The position numbers were made by a program, and so were the translations under genes. The notes beneath the pieces are model-generated. The model searched no databases and was not told the DNA's origin. It saw nothing but the letters and a program-made list of their open reading frames with translations. Below, piece by piece: positions 41,701 to 54,230 of a stretch of DNA of 64,000 nt. Origin of the DNA: Vicugna vicugna (taxonomy: Eukaryota); NCBI GenBank assembly GCA_013265495.1, contig MU061579.1, positions 5,207,146 through 5,271,145 of the forward strand, written 5' to 3'. The stretch's first letter is position 1. Each line of letters begins with the position of its first letter.

Positions 41701-43542
41701 ACTTTGCTACGTTTAGATCTTACCACATTTAATAAGAAACGGCTGAACTTAAATACCAAAATGAGGGTACAAATTTCTATGATTTCACAATAAATTTAAG
41801 AGAATTAAACTTTTGTATTTTGGGCTACATTTATACTAGATTGCAAATCAGTCTATTCTCAGGTGAATTCCTTTTCTGATAGCATTTATGTACCGTGTTT
41901 TCTTATTTCATCCATCTAAATGTTTTGTGTCTGAAACAAAATCCTGTCTATGGACAAAATTTTGAAAGAATCAATACAAGTGTTTAATTTACCTGTAAAA
42001 ATCCATTTGCTGAGAGCTAAATTGAAAGAAACATAGAAAGGAATAATGTAGGGGGAATTGTGTTTAGTTCTTTCACATTCAGTATTTTATGTTCATTGGA
42101 AAAATGTGTGTGTGTTTTAATAATTGGTGTCTCCATTAATCTTATTTAAGAGGAAGACTTAAATGTTCTGAGAAAGTTTTAGCAGATTTTGAAGATTACT
42201 GATTTCAGAGGACACAGTATAGCTAAAAAGTATGAGAATGGAAGACAAAATGTCACATTAAAAACAGTAGAAAAAATGATTAACTTTTTTCTGTTTTTCC
42301 AATTTGGCCCTCTCTTGAAATGCAAATGAAGATCTGATATTCTGACAGTTGTGTACAGATCCACATGCTTTATTACCTGGGTTGGAGCTTTGTCATTTAT
42401 TCCTCTTACTTTTATTTACCAAATATTTCTTACCATATAATATGTGTCCACCCATTAGGGTGATAGAAAAGTTTGACCTGCCCTCCTTCCTACCTCAGTA
42501 CAAGTGTTTGACAAGTACGACTGCCAGACACAGGCTTTCCCCTGAATACTGTTTGGACTCTAATGCAACACAGAGTAGCATAGTAAATTAAGGCTTCAAA
42601 TTTCTGGCTATAATATGTGAACATGTTATTAACTGGTATTATTACTATCAATCAACTATATTTTGTAAAATTCTAATTTATCATCACAATATATTATTTT
42701 ATATTATTTTAACAAAAGCTTTTCTTTAAAAGCAGGCATACGAGTTAAGCATTCAAAAAGATATGGAAGAAATCTGGATTGTTCTGGTGATTCTGACTGG
42801 TGGTTTACTATTTATAAATATACATTTGAACAACATGTTTTTTCTTCTTCATAATAAAGATATCTTCAACCTTCTAGTTGCCTCCAAGTTGGGGCCACAT
42901 TTCTCAAGGACTGCTAATATTTTCAAACAATACTGGTAAATTTTTATTGTGACCTTACCACGTGCTAGGCATTTTGCATAGCTTATCTTCTATGAGGAAT
43001 TATCTATGGTCCAGTCCTTCCGCATATTATAGAAAGTTAAGGTTATGCAGTGTACCTTTAACACAATTGACTAAAATTGTTAGTAAGAAGCCTACCAGCT
43101 TGTCAAAGTTAAGGGCACCACTTGTTAGTATTGATGCCAGACAGGTGTCTGTGTCACGTGCAGCTCTTTTACAATTAAACAGTAAGAGTGCTAATAGTGT
43201 TTGTTTCACACATAACATGTCTCAATGCTTTGCTGTGATAAATACCAATGTGGTGAGAGAAGACAAACACGTCAAAGGAGTAATTTCTTTAAATGAGACC
43301 ATATATTCCTCAAACACTGGAAATTTTTCTAACGAGGAAATTCTAAACTTAAAGGATTCCGAATTTGTAACGGTTCTCCCTTAAGCTCTGTTCAATTAAC
43401 AGGCACATTATGTAATCACATTCATTTAAGTTCAGATGGAAGTCCTTTAGAACATTTTATAACATATCCACTATATTTACTAGTTGTGCTACAATCAGCA
43501 CATTAAAGTTCAATCATTCTAAACATATATTAAAAAAAATAT

Positions 43543-46500
43543 TGAGGATTTCTGGTTCTCAGTTACACATGTACGGAGCTTGGAAGCTGGCACCCCATAC
43601 TAACAAGCGAAAAACCAAAGAAACAGAAAAAACAACTCTCTTTGGATCCATAAAAGAAGAGAGAACAAAGAGCAAAACCCAGCCCCCAGTACTGGGGAGA
43701 CAGCAGTGAACACAGTCCAGGAGTCATGACTTACCAGAGCAGTGACCTGAGAGTGAAACTGCCACAGGAACCAGGGCGGGGTAGGAAAATCCAAACTGCA
43801 GTGGATGAATTTGCTGAAGGCTCAATGTGGGAGGCTCTGAGAGTTAACAACTTCACCAAGAACCAGTCGTGGGGGGCAGCGCGCTCCACAACAATGAGAG
43901 ATTTGCTTCCAGGAGCTCAGCCAGGTTCCCACAGTAAACATCAGAGAAAAAGCCCTTCTTGCTTCCTGCAAGAAGAAGGTAAAAGGAACCACTCTGAAAT
44001 AAGGCTGCGCACTCTGATCCTCTTAATGAGGTCTGCCCTCAGGTGAAACTAGCTAACCAGGGCCTAACCGACAAGGGGAAGGGAAATCCCCAACTCCAGC
44101 CCATCTGCACCATCCTTTCCCATCTAAATATTGAGGTAAAAAAAAAACAAAAAACCAAAACAACTGAGAAACTGCTGTAAAGCTTACAGTCCAGAGGCAT
44201 ACACTGATACCTAATCACTGGGCTACAGAACACTTCTGCAACCCCACACCTTACCTCCACATTACTAAAGCACCTGTTTGTACCAGTCCCTTGTTCCTGC
44301 TTCATCATGTTTGGTTATCAAGAAAAAATTACAGGCTATACCAAAAGATAAAAGAACAAAACAAAAAACAAGCAAAAACTCAAACACATACACAATTTAA
44401 AAGGCAGAGCAAGCATCAGAACCAGACATGGCAGGGGTACTGAACAATCAGACTGGGAATTTACAGTAACTATGATTAACCTGCTAAGGTCTCTAATGGA
44501 TAAAATAGATAGCATACAAAAACAGAAGGGCGACATAACCTGAGAAATGGAAATCCTAAGAAAGAATCAGGAAGAAATACTGGGGATCAAAAACACTGCA
44601 ACAGAAATGAAGAATCACCCTGATGAGCTTTTTAGTGCATTGGACACAGCTGAGGAAAGGCTCGCTCAGCTTGAGGATATTTCAATAGAAACAGTCAAAC
44701 TTGAAAAGAGAAAAAAAGACTGAAAAAACAGAACAGAATATCTAAGAACAGTGAGACAACTACAGAATGTGTAACATTCACATAATGAGAATATCAAAAG
44801 GAAAAAAAAGCAGAGGAAATACTCAAAATATTAATGACTGAGAAGTTCCTCAAGTTAATGTTAGGCACTGAACCAGAGATTTAGGAAGCTCAGGGAGCAG
44901 AAACTAGAGTAAATACCGAAAAACCTGAACATAGGCATATTTTCAAACTACAGACAATCAAAGATAAAGAAAAAAAATTCTGAAATAAGCCAGGGTTGGG
45001 GAGGGGGATACATTACCTATAGAGAAACAAATACAATAGTTATATACAACTTCTACTCAGAAACCATGCAAGGGAAAGAGAGTAGAGTGAAATTGTTAGT
45101 GTTGAAAGAAAAAAAAAAAAAAACCAGAATTCTGCATCCTAAGAAATTATTCTAAGATTATCCTTCAAAAGTGAGGGGAAAACAGACTTTCTATTTCTCA
45201 GAGAAAGAAAAATTGAGGGAATTAGCTGGCAGTAGACCTGCTTTGCAAGAAATTAAAAAGAAATACTTTAGACAGAAGGAAAATGATACTGGTTTAAACA
45301 TTTTAATTGACCTAACAGATAACAGTTTGTTTAAAATAGTATTAGCAATAATGTATTTGATTATGTATGCTTATGCATATAGTATATATACATGCTTATA
45401 TAATGAAATGAATTACAGCAATAAGACAAGGGATGGAGTAGAAAAATTAGGATTATGTTGTTATTGTAAGGTACTCCCACTACCTGTGAGGTGTTTTGGT
45501 GTGTTACTTGAAAGTGAACTTGGATTAGTTGTAAATGTATGTTGCAAATCTAGGGCAACCACAAAACAAAGTGAAAAATAAATATAACTGATTTTCCAAG
45601 AAAGGAGAGAAAACGGAATTATATAAAATGTTCAATTATAATCAAAAAGGCAGAAAAAAACTTGAAGATTTAAAAATGGTACAAAAAAGGGCAACAAATA
45701 GAACCTAATAACAAATACGGTAGCTATTAATCCAACTATATCATTAATCATTTTGAACATCAAAGGTCTAAATGTACCAATAAAAAAACCGATTGTCAGA
45801 GTATGTCAAAAAACAAGACCTAATTATATGTGTCTACAAGAAACCAACTTTAAATACAATGACACATATAATTTTAAAGTAAATGGATGGAAAAAATATA
45901 CAATGCTAATAATCAAGTGTTAGAAGCAGTTTTAGTAATTTCAGACAGAGCAGACTTCAAAGCAAGGAAAGCTATCAAGGATAAATAAAGATATTACATA
46001 ATGATAAAGGAGTCAATTCTCTAGAAGACATAGTAATTCTTAATGTGCATGCATCTAACCACAGAGCATCAAACCATATGAAACAAAAACTAGTAGAACT
46101 GCAAAGAGAAACAGATGAATCCCAAGTCATAGTTGGAGACTTTCACACATCTCTTCCATAAATGAACAGTCACAGGCAGAAAATTGGTAAGAACATAGAG
46201 GAATTCATCAACACTATCAGTTAACTGTATATAATTGACATCTATGGACTACTTCATCCAACAATAGCGGAATTTATTCTACTCAAGCTCACATGAACAT
46301 TCACCAAGATAAAACCCATTCTGGGCCATAAAACACACCATAAGAAATAACTCAAACAAACAAACAAAAAACTTACAATCTCTGTTCTTGGACTACAATG
46401 AAATTAAACCAGAAACTACTAATAAAACAATAACTGGAAAATCCCCAAATATATAAAGATTAAACAACATCTCTAAGTAACACAGTGACCAGAGAAAATT

Positions 46501-48452
46501 TCAAGAGAAATTTTAAAAGATTTTTAATTAAATGAAAACACAACTAATCAAAATTTGTGGGATGCAGTAAAAGCAGTACTTAGAGAAAAATTTATTGCAT
46601 CAAATGCATATATTAAAGAAGATTTAAAATCAGTAGTCTAAGTTCCTACTTTATAAAAGTAGAAAAAGAAGAGAAAATTAAATCCAAAGTAAGCAAAAGA
46701 AAATAAATTGTAAGAATTAGGGAAGAAGTCTATGATGTTGAAAACAAAATTAATAGAGAAAATCAATAAAACCAAACCTGGTCCTTTGAAAAGATCAATA
46801 AATTTGAATGACCTCAGGCTAACAAAGAAGAAAGAGAAGGTACAAATTACTACATTATATAAATGAAAGAGGGGACATCACTACAAATCCTATGGACATT
46901 AAAAATATAAACAATAAGTGCTATGAACAATCTAGGTCAACAAAGTTGATATCTTAGATGAAATAGGCCATTCCTTGAAAGACACAACCTGGCAAAATTC
47001 AAGCAACAAGAAACAGACAAATTAAATAGGCCTATACTTATTAAAGAAATTGAATCAGTAATTAGTATATTTCTGAAACTTACTAAGTAACAGACCCCAA
47101 TGGGTTCTTTGGTGAATTTATCCAAACATTTAAGGAAGAAATTTTTTTTTGATTCTTTACAGTATCTTTCAGAGGACAGAAGCAGAGAGAATACTTCCTA
47201 ACTCAAGGGACCAGCATTACCCCTAAACCAAAGCAGACAAAACAGTACAAAAAAACTACAGACCAATATCTCTCATGAACATAGATGCAAAAATCCTCTA
47301 TAAAATATTACCAAATCAAATCCAGTATTATATAAAAACAAATATATACCAAGACCAACCAAATATACACAAGCGACTTATTCCAGGTATGTAAGACTGG
47401 TTTAACATTTGAAAATCAATGAATTTAATCCACCACATCAACAGGCTAAAAATAAAAAATAAAAATCACACAAGCATATCAATAGATGCAGAAAAAAACA
47501 TATGACAAAATCTAACATTTATTATAAACAAACTCTCAGTAAACTAGTTATGGTGGTTAAATACCTGAACTTGATAATGTACAAAAAACCTAGAGCTAAA
47601 ATCATAATTAATGGTGAGAAACTCTAAGCTTTCTTACTAAGATCAGGAACAAACAAGTATATATCCTTTCACAACTCTTTTTTCACCATCCTAGGAAATT
47701 CTAGTTGATTAAATAAGCCCCCCCCCCCAAAAAAAAGAATAAAAGGGATAAAGATTGAGAAGCAAGAAAACTGGTTTTGGTTTTGGATGACCTGATTGTC
47801 CATACAGAAAATCTGAGAGACTCAACAACAACAAAAACACATGACTCCTGGAACAAATAAGCAATTATAGCAAGGTTGCAGCATATGGGTTAATATGCAA
47901 GAGTCAATTACTTTTTTATATACCAGACATGAAAAAGTAAAATTTGAAATCAATGAAACAGCTTAAAAAATTAAAAACATAATACCATTTACATTAGCAC
48001 CTCCAAAAATAAAACATTTAGATATAAATCTAACAAAATATGTACAAAATCCATGTGAGGGAAATAAAAAACCCTGTTGAACAAAATCAAAGAAGACTAA
48101 ATAAATGGGGAGGTATATCATGTTCATAAATAGGAAGACTCAATATTGTCAAGAAATCAGTAATTCCCAACTTGATCTATAGATTCAATGAAATCCCAGT
48201 AAAAATCTGAGCAAGTTATTTGGTGCACTTTTGACAAACTGATTCTAAAGTTTGTATCAAGAGGCAGAAGATCCAGAATATCACCCTTGGTGTTAATGAC
48301 TTATCAATATAGTTTCATTGATTCTAACAAATACACCACCCTGGTGGAGAATGTTGATAATGGGCAAAACCCTGTATGTGTCAGGGCAGGAAGTATATAG
48401 GAAGTCATCTTAATTCTGCTGTGAACCTAAGATTGCTCTAAAAATATAAAGC
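43543..48452 (+). mobile_element. Near-full-length inactive L1 (L1MC-type): 5'UTR, ORF1 and ORF2 remnants, 3' end; internal deletion
   Basis: GC-richer 5'UTR; ORF1 remnants (ttggacacagctgaggaaagg; agtagacctgctttgcaagaa); endonuclease start ~45720; RT motifs (actacagaccaatatctctcatgaacatagatgcaaaaatcctc; gatgacctgattgtc = DDLIV); abrupt jump to an L1MC-type 3' end at ~48290; many stops and frameshifts. Confidence 0.92.
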
Positions 48453-48789
48453 GTTTCTACAATTTCTTTTTCTTTCTCTAATTATAAATAAATTCTGTAG
48501 TAGTCAACATGCCAAGGTTTCTAGCACTAATTTCCCAATGTTTTACAGGTGTAACTCAAGGTATTAATTTTAACACATATATATCACATAGATTTCTCAG
48601 TAACTAAAAGAGATTAGCACAAGTGTCATTATGAATTATCTGCCAGCTGTAGTTAGAGGACATCTGAAAATGTCAACTCTTAGATCATATATTAATTTAT
48701 TTGCTCACATTTTTTCTTTCCCTTAAGGTTCTGCTCAATACATTACTTCTGGGTAGAAATTAAAATCAATGAAAAGGAATCACTATATA

Positions 48790-49060
48790 AAATGACTATT
48801 CTCCCACAAATTAATCTAATAAATTAATGGAATTAAAAAAACTTTCAATGGGATATTTGGTGAATTTGACAAGCTAACCACATATTGGAAAATATCAACT
48901 AATATTTTACATATGAAAATATACAAGAATACCAAATGAATATGAAGAAGGACTTGTTATATGAGGTAACATAGCAAACTTTAAAGCTGTAAAAATTCAG
49001 GGAATATGCTACTAATGCAAGGAAGAGAACAGGACTGTAGGTAGAGTGAAGAGAGTACTT
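48790..49060 (+). mobile_element. Old L1 ORF2 fragment
   Basis: attctcccacaaattaatctaataaattaatg...gaatttgacaagcta...aaagctgtaaaaatt. Confidence 0.5.
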
Positions 49061-49179
49061 TCACTCTTCATACTTTCATGTGTCAGTATCCCTTTTTTTA
49101 ATTACAACAGAATGTATTTGTATATTATTTATACAATTTAAAAAACTAAGAAGAACAGCACTATTTGCTAACATTTCAG

Positions 49180-49390
49180 AGAGCTTTGTGCTATTAATTG
49201 TTCCAGGTGTTTTCACAGGTCTTGTCTCACTGAATCCTTACAACCACCTTACTGTCCTTTTATTTCAGAAGAGAAAACTGATACCAGAAGAATTAACTTG
49301 CCTAAAGTTGCACAGCATAGAAGTGTCAGGGCTGGGATTTGAATGAGGCACCTTGGCTCCACATGCTATACTCTTAATCGCTATACAGTG
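49180..49390 (-). mobile_element. MIR SINE
   Basis: tctcactgaatccttacaacc...gagaaaactga...aacttgcctaaagttgcacagc...gggctgggatttgaa. Confidence 0.8.
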
Positions 49391-49655
49391 CAGAGTTTCC
49401 AGAGCCAAGAGGGAAATGTATCCGGTATATAGCAGGAAGATAACTAAGCAAAGTTAATGAAAGATATATGAGTATGTCAAATTTGCACAAAACAAGGAGC
49501 TATATTTATACATATATATACACATATATATATTTCATTTACATTGCATAATGTGTAATATTATATATAAATATATATATATATATAATGTAAAGACAAT
49601 TTCCCAAAAAATCTAAAGAAATTCAAATAATCTAAATATAGTTAACTGTAAAAAG

Positions 49656-50205
49656 TGTGTATTAATTTGCTACTGCTGCCTAACAAATTGTCAACAGATT
49701 TAGTGGCTTAGAATAACACCTATTTATTAGCTAATAGTTCTCTAGGTCAGTCTAGCATTGCATAACTGGGTTCTTGCTCAAGTTATGACAAGATAGGGCT
49801 TTTATGTTGCAGCACTGAAGTGTCAGTCTCAGGCTGTTTTCATCTGGAGGCTTGGAGGAAGATTTTGTTTGAAAGCTCATTCCGATTGTTGGCAGAAGTC
49901 ATTTCCTCATAGTTGTGGAACTGAGGTTTCCATTTTCCTACCGTCAGCTGGAACATTCAGTTCCTAGGGGCTACCTGCCCTCATCTTGCCATGTGCCCCA
50001 CTCTATTTCAAAGCCAGCAATGGAAAATTTCTCCTGCTCAATACCACTTAAGATTTAAACATATCTTATTTCCTCTTTGACCACTAAACCCAGACTTAAA
50101 CGGCTGGTGCAATCATGCAGGATCATCCCAATATTCTCCCTATCTTAGGATCAGCTGATTTGGGATCTTAATTACATCTTCAAAATCCATTCACAGTAGG
50201 GTCTA
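49656..50205 (-). mobile_element. MaLR LTR (MLT1 family)
   Basis: tgtattaatttgctactgctgcctaacaaatt...ttagtggcttagaataacac...gttggcagaagtcatttcct...gggatcttaattacatc. Confidence 0.8.
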
Positions 50206-50206
50206 G

Positions 50207-50600
50207 TGTGATGATTATATTAGTTTTATTAATTTTAAGCTTTGGTGCCCAGTTGTTCAGTCAAACACTAATCTAGATGTTGCTGTAAAGGTATTTTTAG
50301 ATGTGATTAACATTTATAATCAGTAACAAAGTAAAGCAAATCATCCACATAACGTGAATGGGCTTCATTCAATCATTTCAAGGCTTTTAGAACAAAGACT
50401 GAAGTTTCCCAAAGAAGGAGAAATTCTGTGTTAGGATTGCAACACAGAAACCCTGCCTGAGCTTTTAGCCCATTGGCCTGTCCTAACAATACCACAACGT
50501 TATTTCTATACCTGAATTTCCAGCCTGCTGTCCTGCCCTATAGATTCCACACTGCTAGCCTCCTTAATTGTATGAGCTGGTATCTTAAAAGCTCTCAGTC
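50207..50600 (+). mobile_element. MLT2 (ERVL) LTR
   Basis: tgtgatg start; tgcccagttgttcagtcaaacactaatctagatgttgctgtaaaggtattttt; ttccagcctgctgtcctgccctatagatt. Confidence 0.75.
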
Positions 50601-50722
50601 TCATCCTTAACTCCTGACACTTACTGACTTTCAACATATCTGGTTTAATCATTCTACTCACTGATTTTCAATAGCAGGGCTCAGTATAAAATTGAAGATG
50701 TAAAGAGGATTTTTCTCTGACA

Positions 50723-50920
50723 TAGGGTTGCTATATTTAGGAAATAAAAATACAGAACACACAGTTAAAACTGAAAATCAGATACAGAGTGGACAATGTT
50801 TTAGTAGAAGTATCTCCATGATACTTATACTAAATACTTAATACTTACACTAAAAAAAAATCCATTATCTATCTTAAAATCTAACTTAGTTGGTGCCTTC
50901 AATTTTATCAGGCAACACTA
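50723..50920. mobile_element. MER53 palindromic hAT-type MITE
   Basis: Inverted ends tagggttgc / gcaacacta; internal aaataaaaatacag...cagttaaa mirrored by aacttagttggtgcc...attttatc. Confidence 0.8.
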
Positions 50921-51894
50921 CATTGGGAGCACTTTTCAATCTTCAAAGAATCTTCCCTTTTTTCTGTTTGCTTATTTAAGATTTGGAAAGAAATTGTTTA
51001 ACTACTTAGTATGACACTTGTGTATTCAATGGTTACGGCATTCAGCATATAATTAAACCAGTTGGGTTTTAATTGTAAATATTTCCAGAGGCAATAATAC
51101 AGAAGCTCATGGTGTTTTGAAGGCATCTTTAAAAACTGATACATATTTGTGTATGTGGAGTTTGCAGAAAGTTTGAAGGATTCTGTTAGGTATTCCGAGA
51201 CTAAAAAAGAATGGCACATATTGCTAAATACACATTATTTAGCAAGTACTACAATTCAGTTGTGTAACAATGAGCTGTTCAAACAACAGTGCTACGTACT
51301 TCTCTTCTCTCCCATGTTCATTGGAGATGCTGCTGCTCTGCTCTCTTACTTCCTGTTAATGAAGATGGAGGCAGTGGGAGGAAGGCAAGTTCTCTTCACC
51401 TGGACTTAGGAAATTGAGACCACAGTCGTGGTTGTGGCATACCAGCTCTTACCCAGGAATCTTCCAGTTTGAAAGTTGATCCATTTTTTCAAATACATAA
51501 AACAGCACCAACTTCAAATAAAACAGAATCAACTTCAAATGGATTATTGTAAGGATTACTTGAGAAAATACATGTGAAAATATTTTATAAAAACTTCATT
51601 CCTGTAAATGTTACTGTGATGCAATAATGATTCATTTGCTCTCTGGCTGAACTATACCTTCAACTCACTGATTTAAAAAATGTTTCTCATGAAAATTAGC
51701 ACTTGATATTTAATTTTAACTTTTGTCAAATAATATTTTTAGAAAAGGTTACTGACATTGCAAACATTCTATAGAAATTGAATTACCCCGTTACTAACCA
51801 AAAGGTTTATTTTAATAGAAACACTGTAGCTTAGGCAAAAAAAAGAATAAACAATTTTTATTGTCATGATCATTTGTATATGCATTGTGTATTT

Positions 51895-53510
51895 TGATTT
51901 TTTTTAATTTATAGTCATTTTCTTAGAGTGGTTAAAGATTTACAGAAAAATTGAGCAGAGCACTAAGTTCTGATATATTCCCTCTCCCTGTCCCAACAAA
52001 ATCCTCTAATACTAGCCTTTCCCAGCGATGTGTACTTTTGTTATAAATGATGAAATAATACTAATACATTATTATTTAGCTAAAGTCTATAGTTTATATT
52101 AGAATCCACTTGTTTTATAGAGTTCTGTGGGTTTTAACAAATGCATAGTGTCATATATCCATAACTAAAGGATCATAGTGAATTTCATTGCCTTCAAATT
52201 TCCCCAAGCTTAACTTATTCTTTCCTACTTTCTCCTCCCAACCCCTGGCAACCACTTATCTTTTTACTGACTCCATAGTAGCCTTTTCTAGAATGTCATA
52301 TAGTTGGAATGATATAGTATGCAGTCTTTTCAGACTGACTTCTTTCATTTAGCAATTTGCACTTAAGGTTCAATGTCTTTATGTGGCTTGAGATACTTCT
52401 TTTAATGTTGAATAATATTCCATCTTATGGATGTACCACAGTTTGTTTTTCCCACTCACTCGTGAGGGATATTTTTGCTGCTTCCACATGTTGGCTATTA
52501 TGAATAAACTATAATACAAACATCTGTGTGCAGGTTCTAATGTGTACATAAGTTTTCAACTCATTTTGGTTAAGTGCCTGGGACTGCAATTGCTGGACCA
52601 CATGACAAGGCTAAGTTTAGCTCTGTAAGAAAAACTATCTTCCAGAGTGTCTATGTATTTTTACGTTTCCACCAGAAATGAATGAGAGCTCTAGTTGCTC
52701 CACCAGCATTTGGTGTTCTTAGAGTTTGGGGTTTTACCTTAATAGGGATATAAGTGGTTTCATATTAGTGTTTTAATTTGCAATTCCTAATGAAATAGAA
52801 TTTTGAGTATCTTTTCATACACTTATTTGCTATCTCTGTATCATCTTTGGTGAGGTGTCTGTTTAGATCTTTTCCCCGCTTCTTAGTTCCATTGTCTGTT
52901 ATCTTTTAGTTGAGTTTTAGGAGTTCTTTGCATATTCTGGATACAAGTCCTTTATTAGATATGTGTTTTGTAAATATTTTGTCCAGCCTGTGGCTTATTA
53001 TTTCATCCTGTGAACACTGTCTTTTTCAGAGCAGATTTACTTTATCATGTTGATTAATCTGGTTCTTCTACATTTCCATATAAACTTTAGAATCAGTTTT
53101 TAGATATTTACAAAGTAACTTGTTGGGATTTTGTTTGTGATTGCGTTTAATCTACAGATCAAATTATAAATAGCTAATATCTTAATAATATTGAGTCCTT
53201 TTATCCATGAATAGTCAAAAATCATTCCATCATTCTGGTCTTCTCTAATTTCTTTCATCAGATTTGTAGTTTTTCACTATGTAAGACTGTATGTATATTT
53301 TGTTAGATTTATATGTATTTCTCTTTTTTGATGCTAATGTGAGTGGTTTTGTTTCACTTTAAAATTTGAATTATTCTTTGTTGGTATGCAGAAAAGCAAC
53401 TTACCTTTGTATATTAGAATCCTATCTGGAAACCTTGCTATAACTGCTTACTATTCTATGTAAAAAGTATGTTATCTTTGAACAAAAATAGTTTTATCTT
53501 TCCTAATTTT
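51895..53510 (-). mobile_element. L1MC/MD-type 3' end plus ORF2 fragment
   Basis: tttacagaaaaattgagcagag; cccctggcaaccact; ttttctagaatgtcatatagttggaat; tggtgaggtgtctgtttagatctttt; ctggatacaagtcctttattagat. Confidence 0.88.
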
Positions 53511-53659
53511 TATACAAAAACTGAGACATCTTGTAATCTGTGGATTACAAGATCAGGAGCACCTGAATCAGACTGGTCCAGCTGAATGTACGAATTCCCT
53601 CATTTAGGGGTATCTAAAATGTGAAGCATTGTAGTGACTGGTAGTGTTAGACTGGTAAA

Positions 53660-54230
53660 TAAGAAATGGTAGTGAAAAATCTCAAGGAGTTTCCAATCAA
53701 GTGTGAGAGACAGGAAAGTGAACCAAAATTCCTATAGTGCTATCCTGAGAGCCAACCAAGTTTCAAGAGGTTAAGTTTAAACTGAGACTTGAGGCATGTT
53801 TATGAGTTACATTATATGAAATGAGAAAGAAATAGCATGCAAAATTCTACAGCATATCCCCTTTTAGTTATAACATATCTTAAAGGATGACTGTAGTAAA
53901 AGAAATAAACAGGGAAGTGAAAGGAAGTGAGTGATGGTACTGAAGGTGGAGGTAAGGAGCAGATACTGAGCAGACTTATCTCTGTAGTTTACAAGTTAGA
54001 AATTCAATTTGAACACTAGAGAAAGCCAGTGAGGATTCAATAATGAAGCTCCATGGTCATATGTGCAATCAGAAAATACCAAAGAAAATCTAGAAGTTGG
54101 ATTTGGATTATTCTTAATAGATGAAGAGAGAAACTCAGATGTTCTTATGACTTCAACAGAATCAATGGTGGAACTGATGCAGTCTCTACCTTGGTAAAAG
54201 GCACTGGAAAGGATTTTTAAAAATTGTAAT
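53660..54230 (-). mobile_element. L2 fragment
   Basis: Degenerate L2-like sequence (ctcaaggagtttccaatc; tttaaactgagacttgagg; gaaagccagtgaggatt). Confidence 0.45.

Noticed and set aside
42962..43384. 140-aa ORF
   Set aside because: Starts in MIR-like sequence; no recognisable domain or splice structure.
43726..45581. 106-aa and 136-aa ORFs
   Set aside because: Inside the decayed L1 (5'UTR, ORF1 end and spacer).
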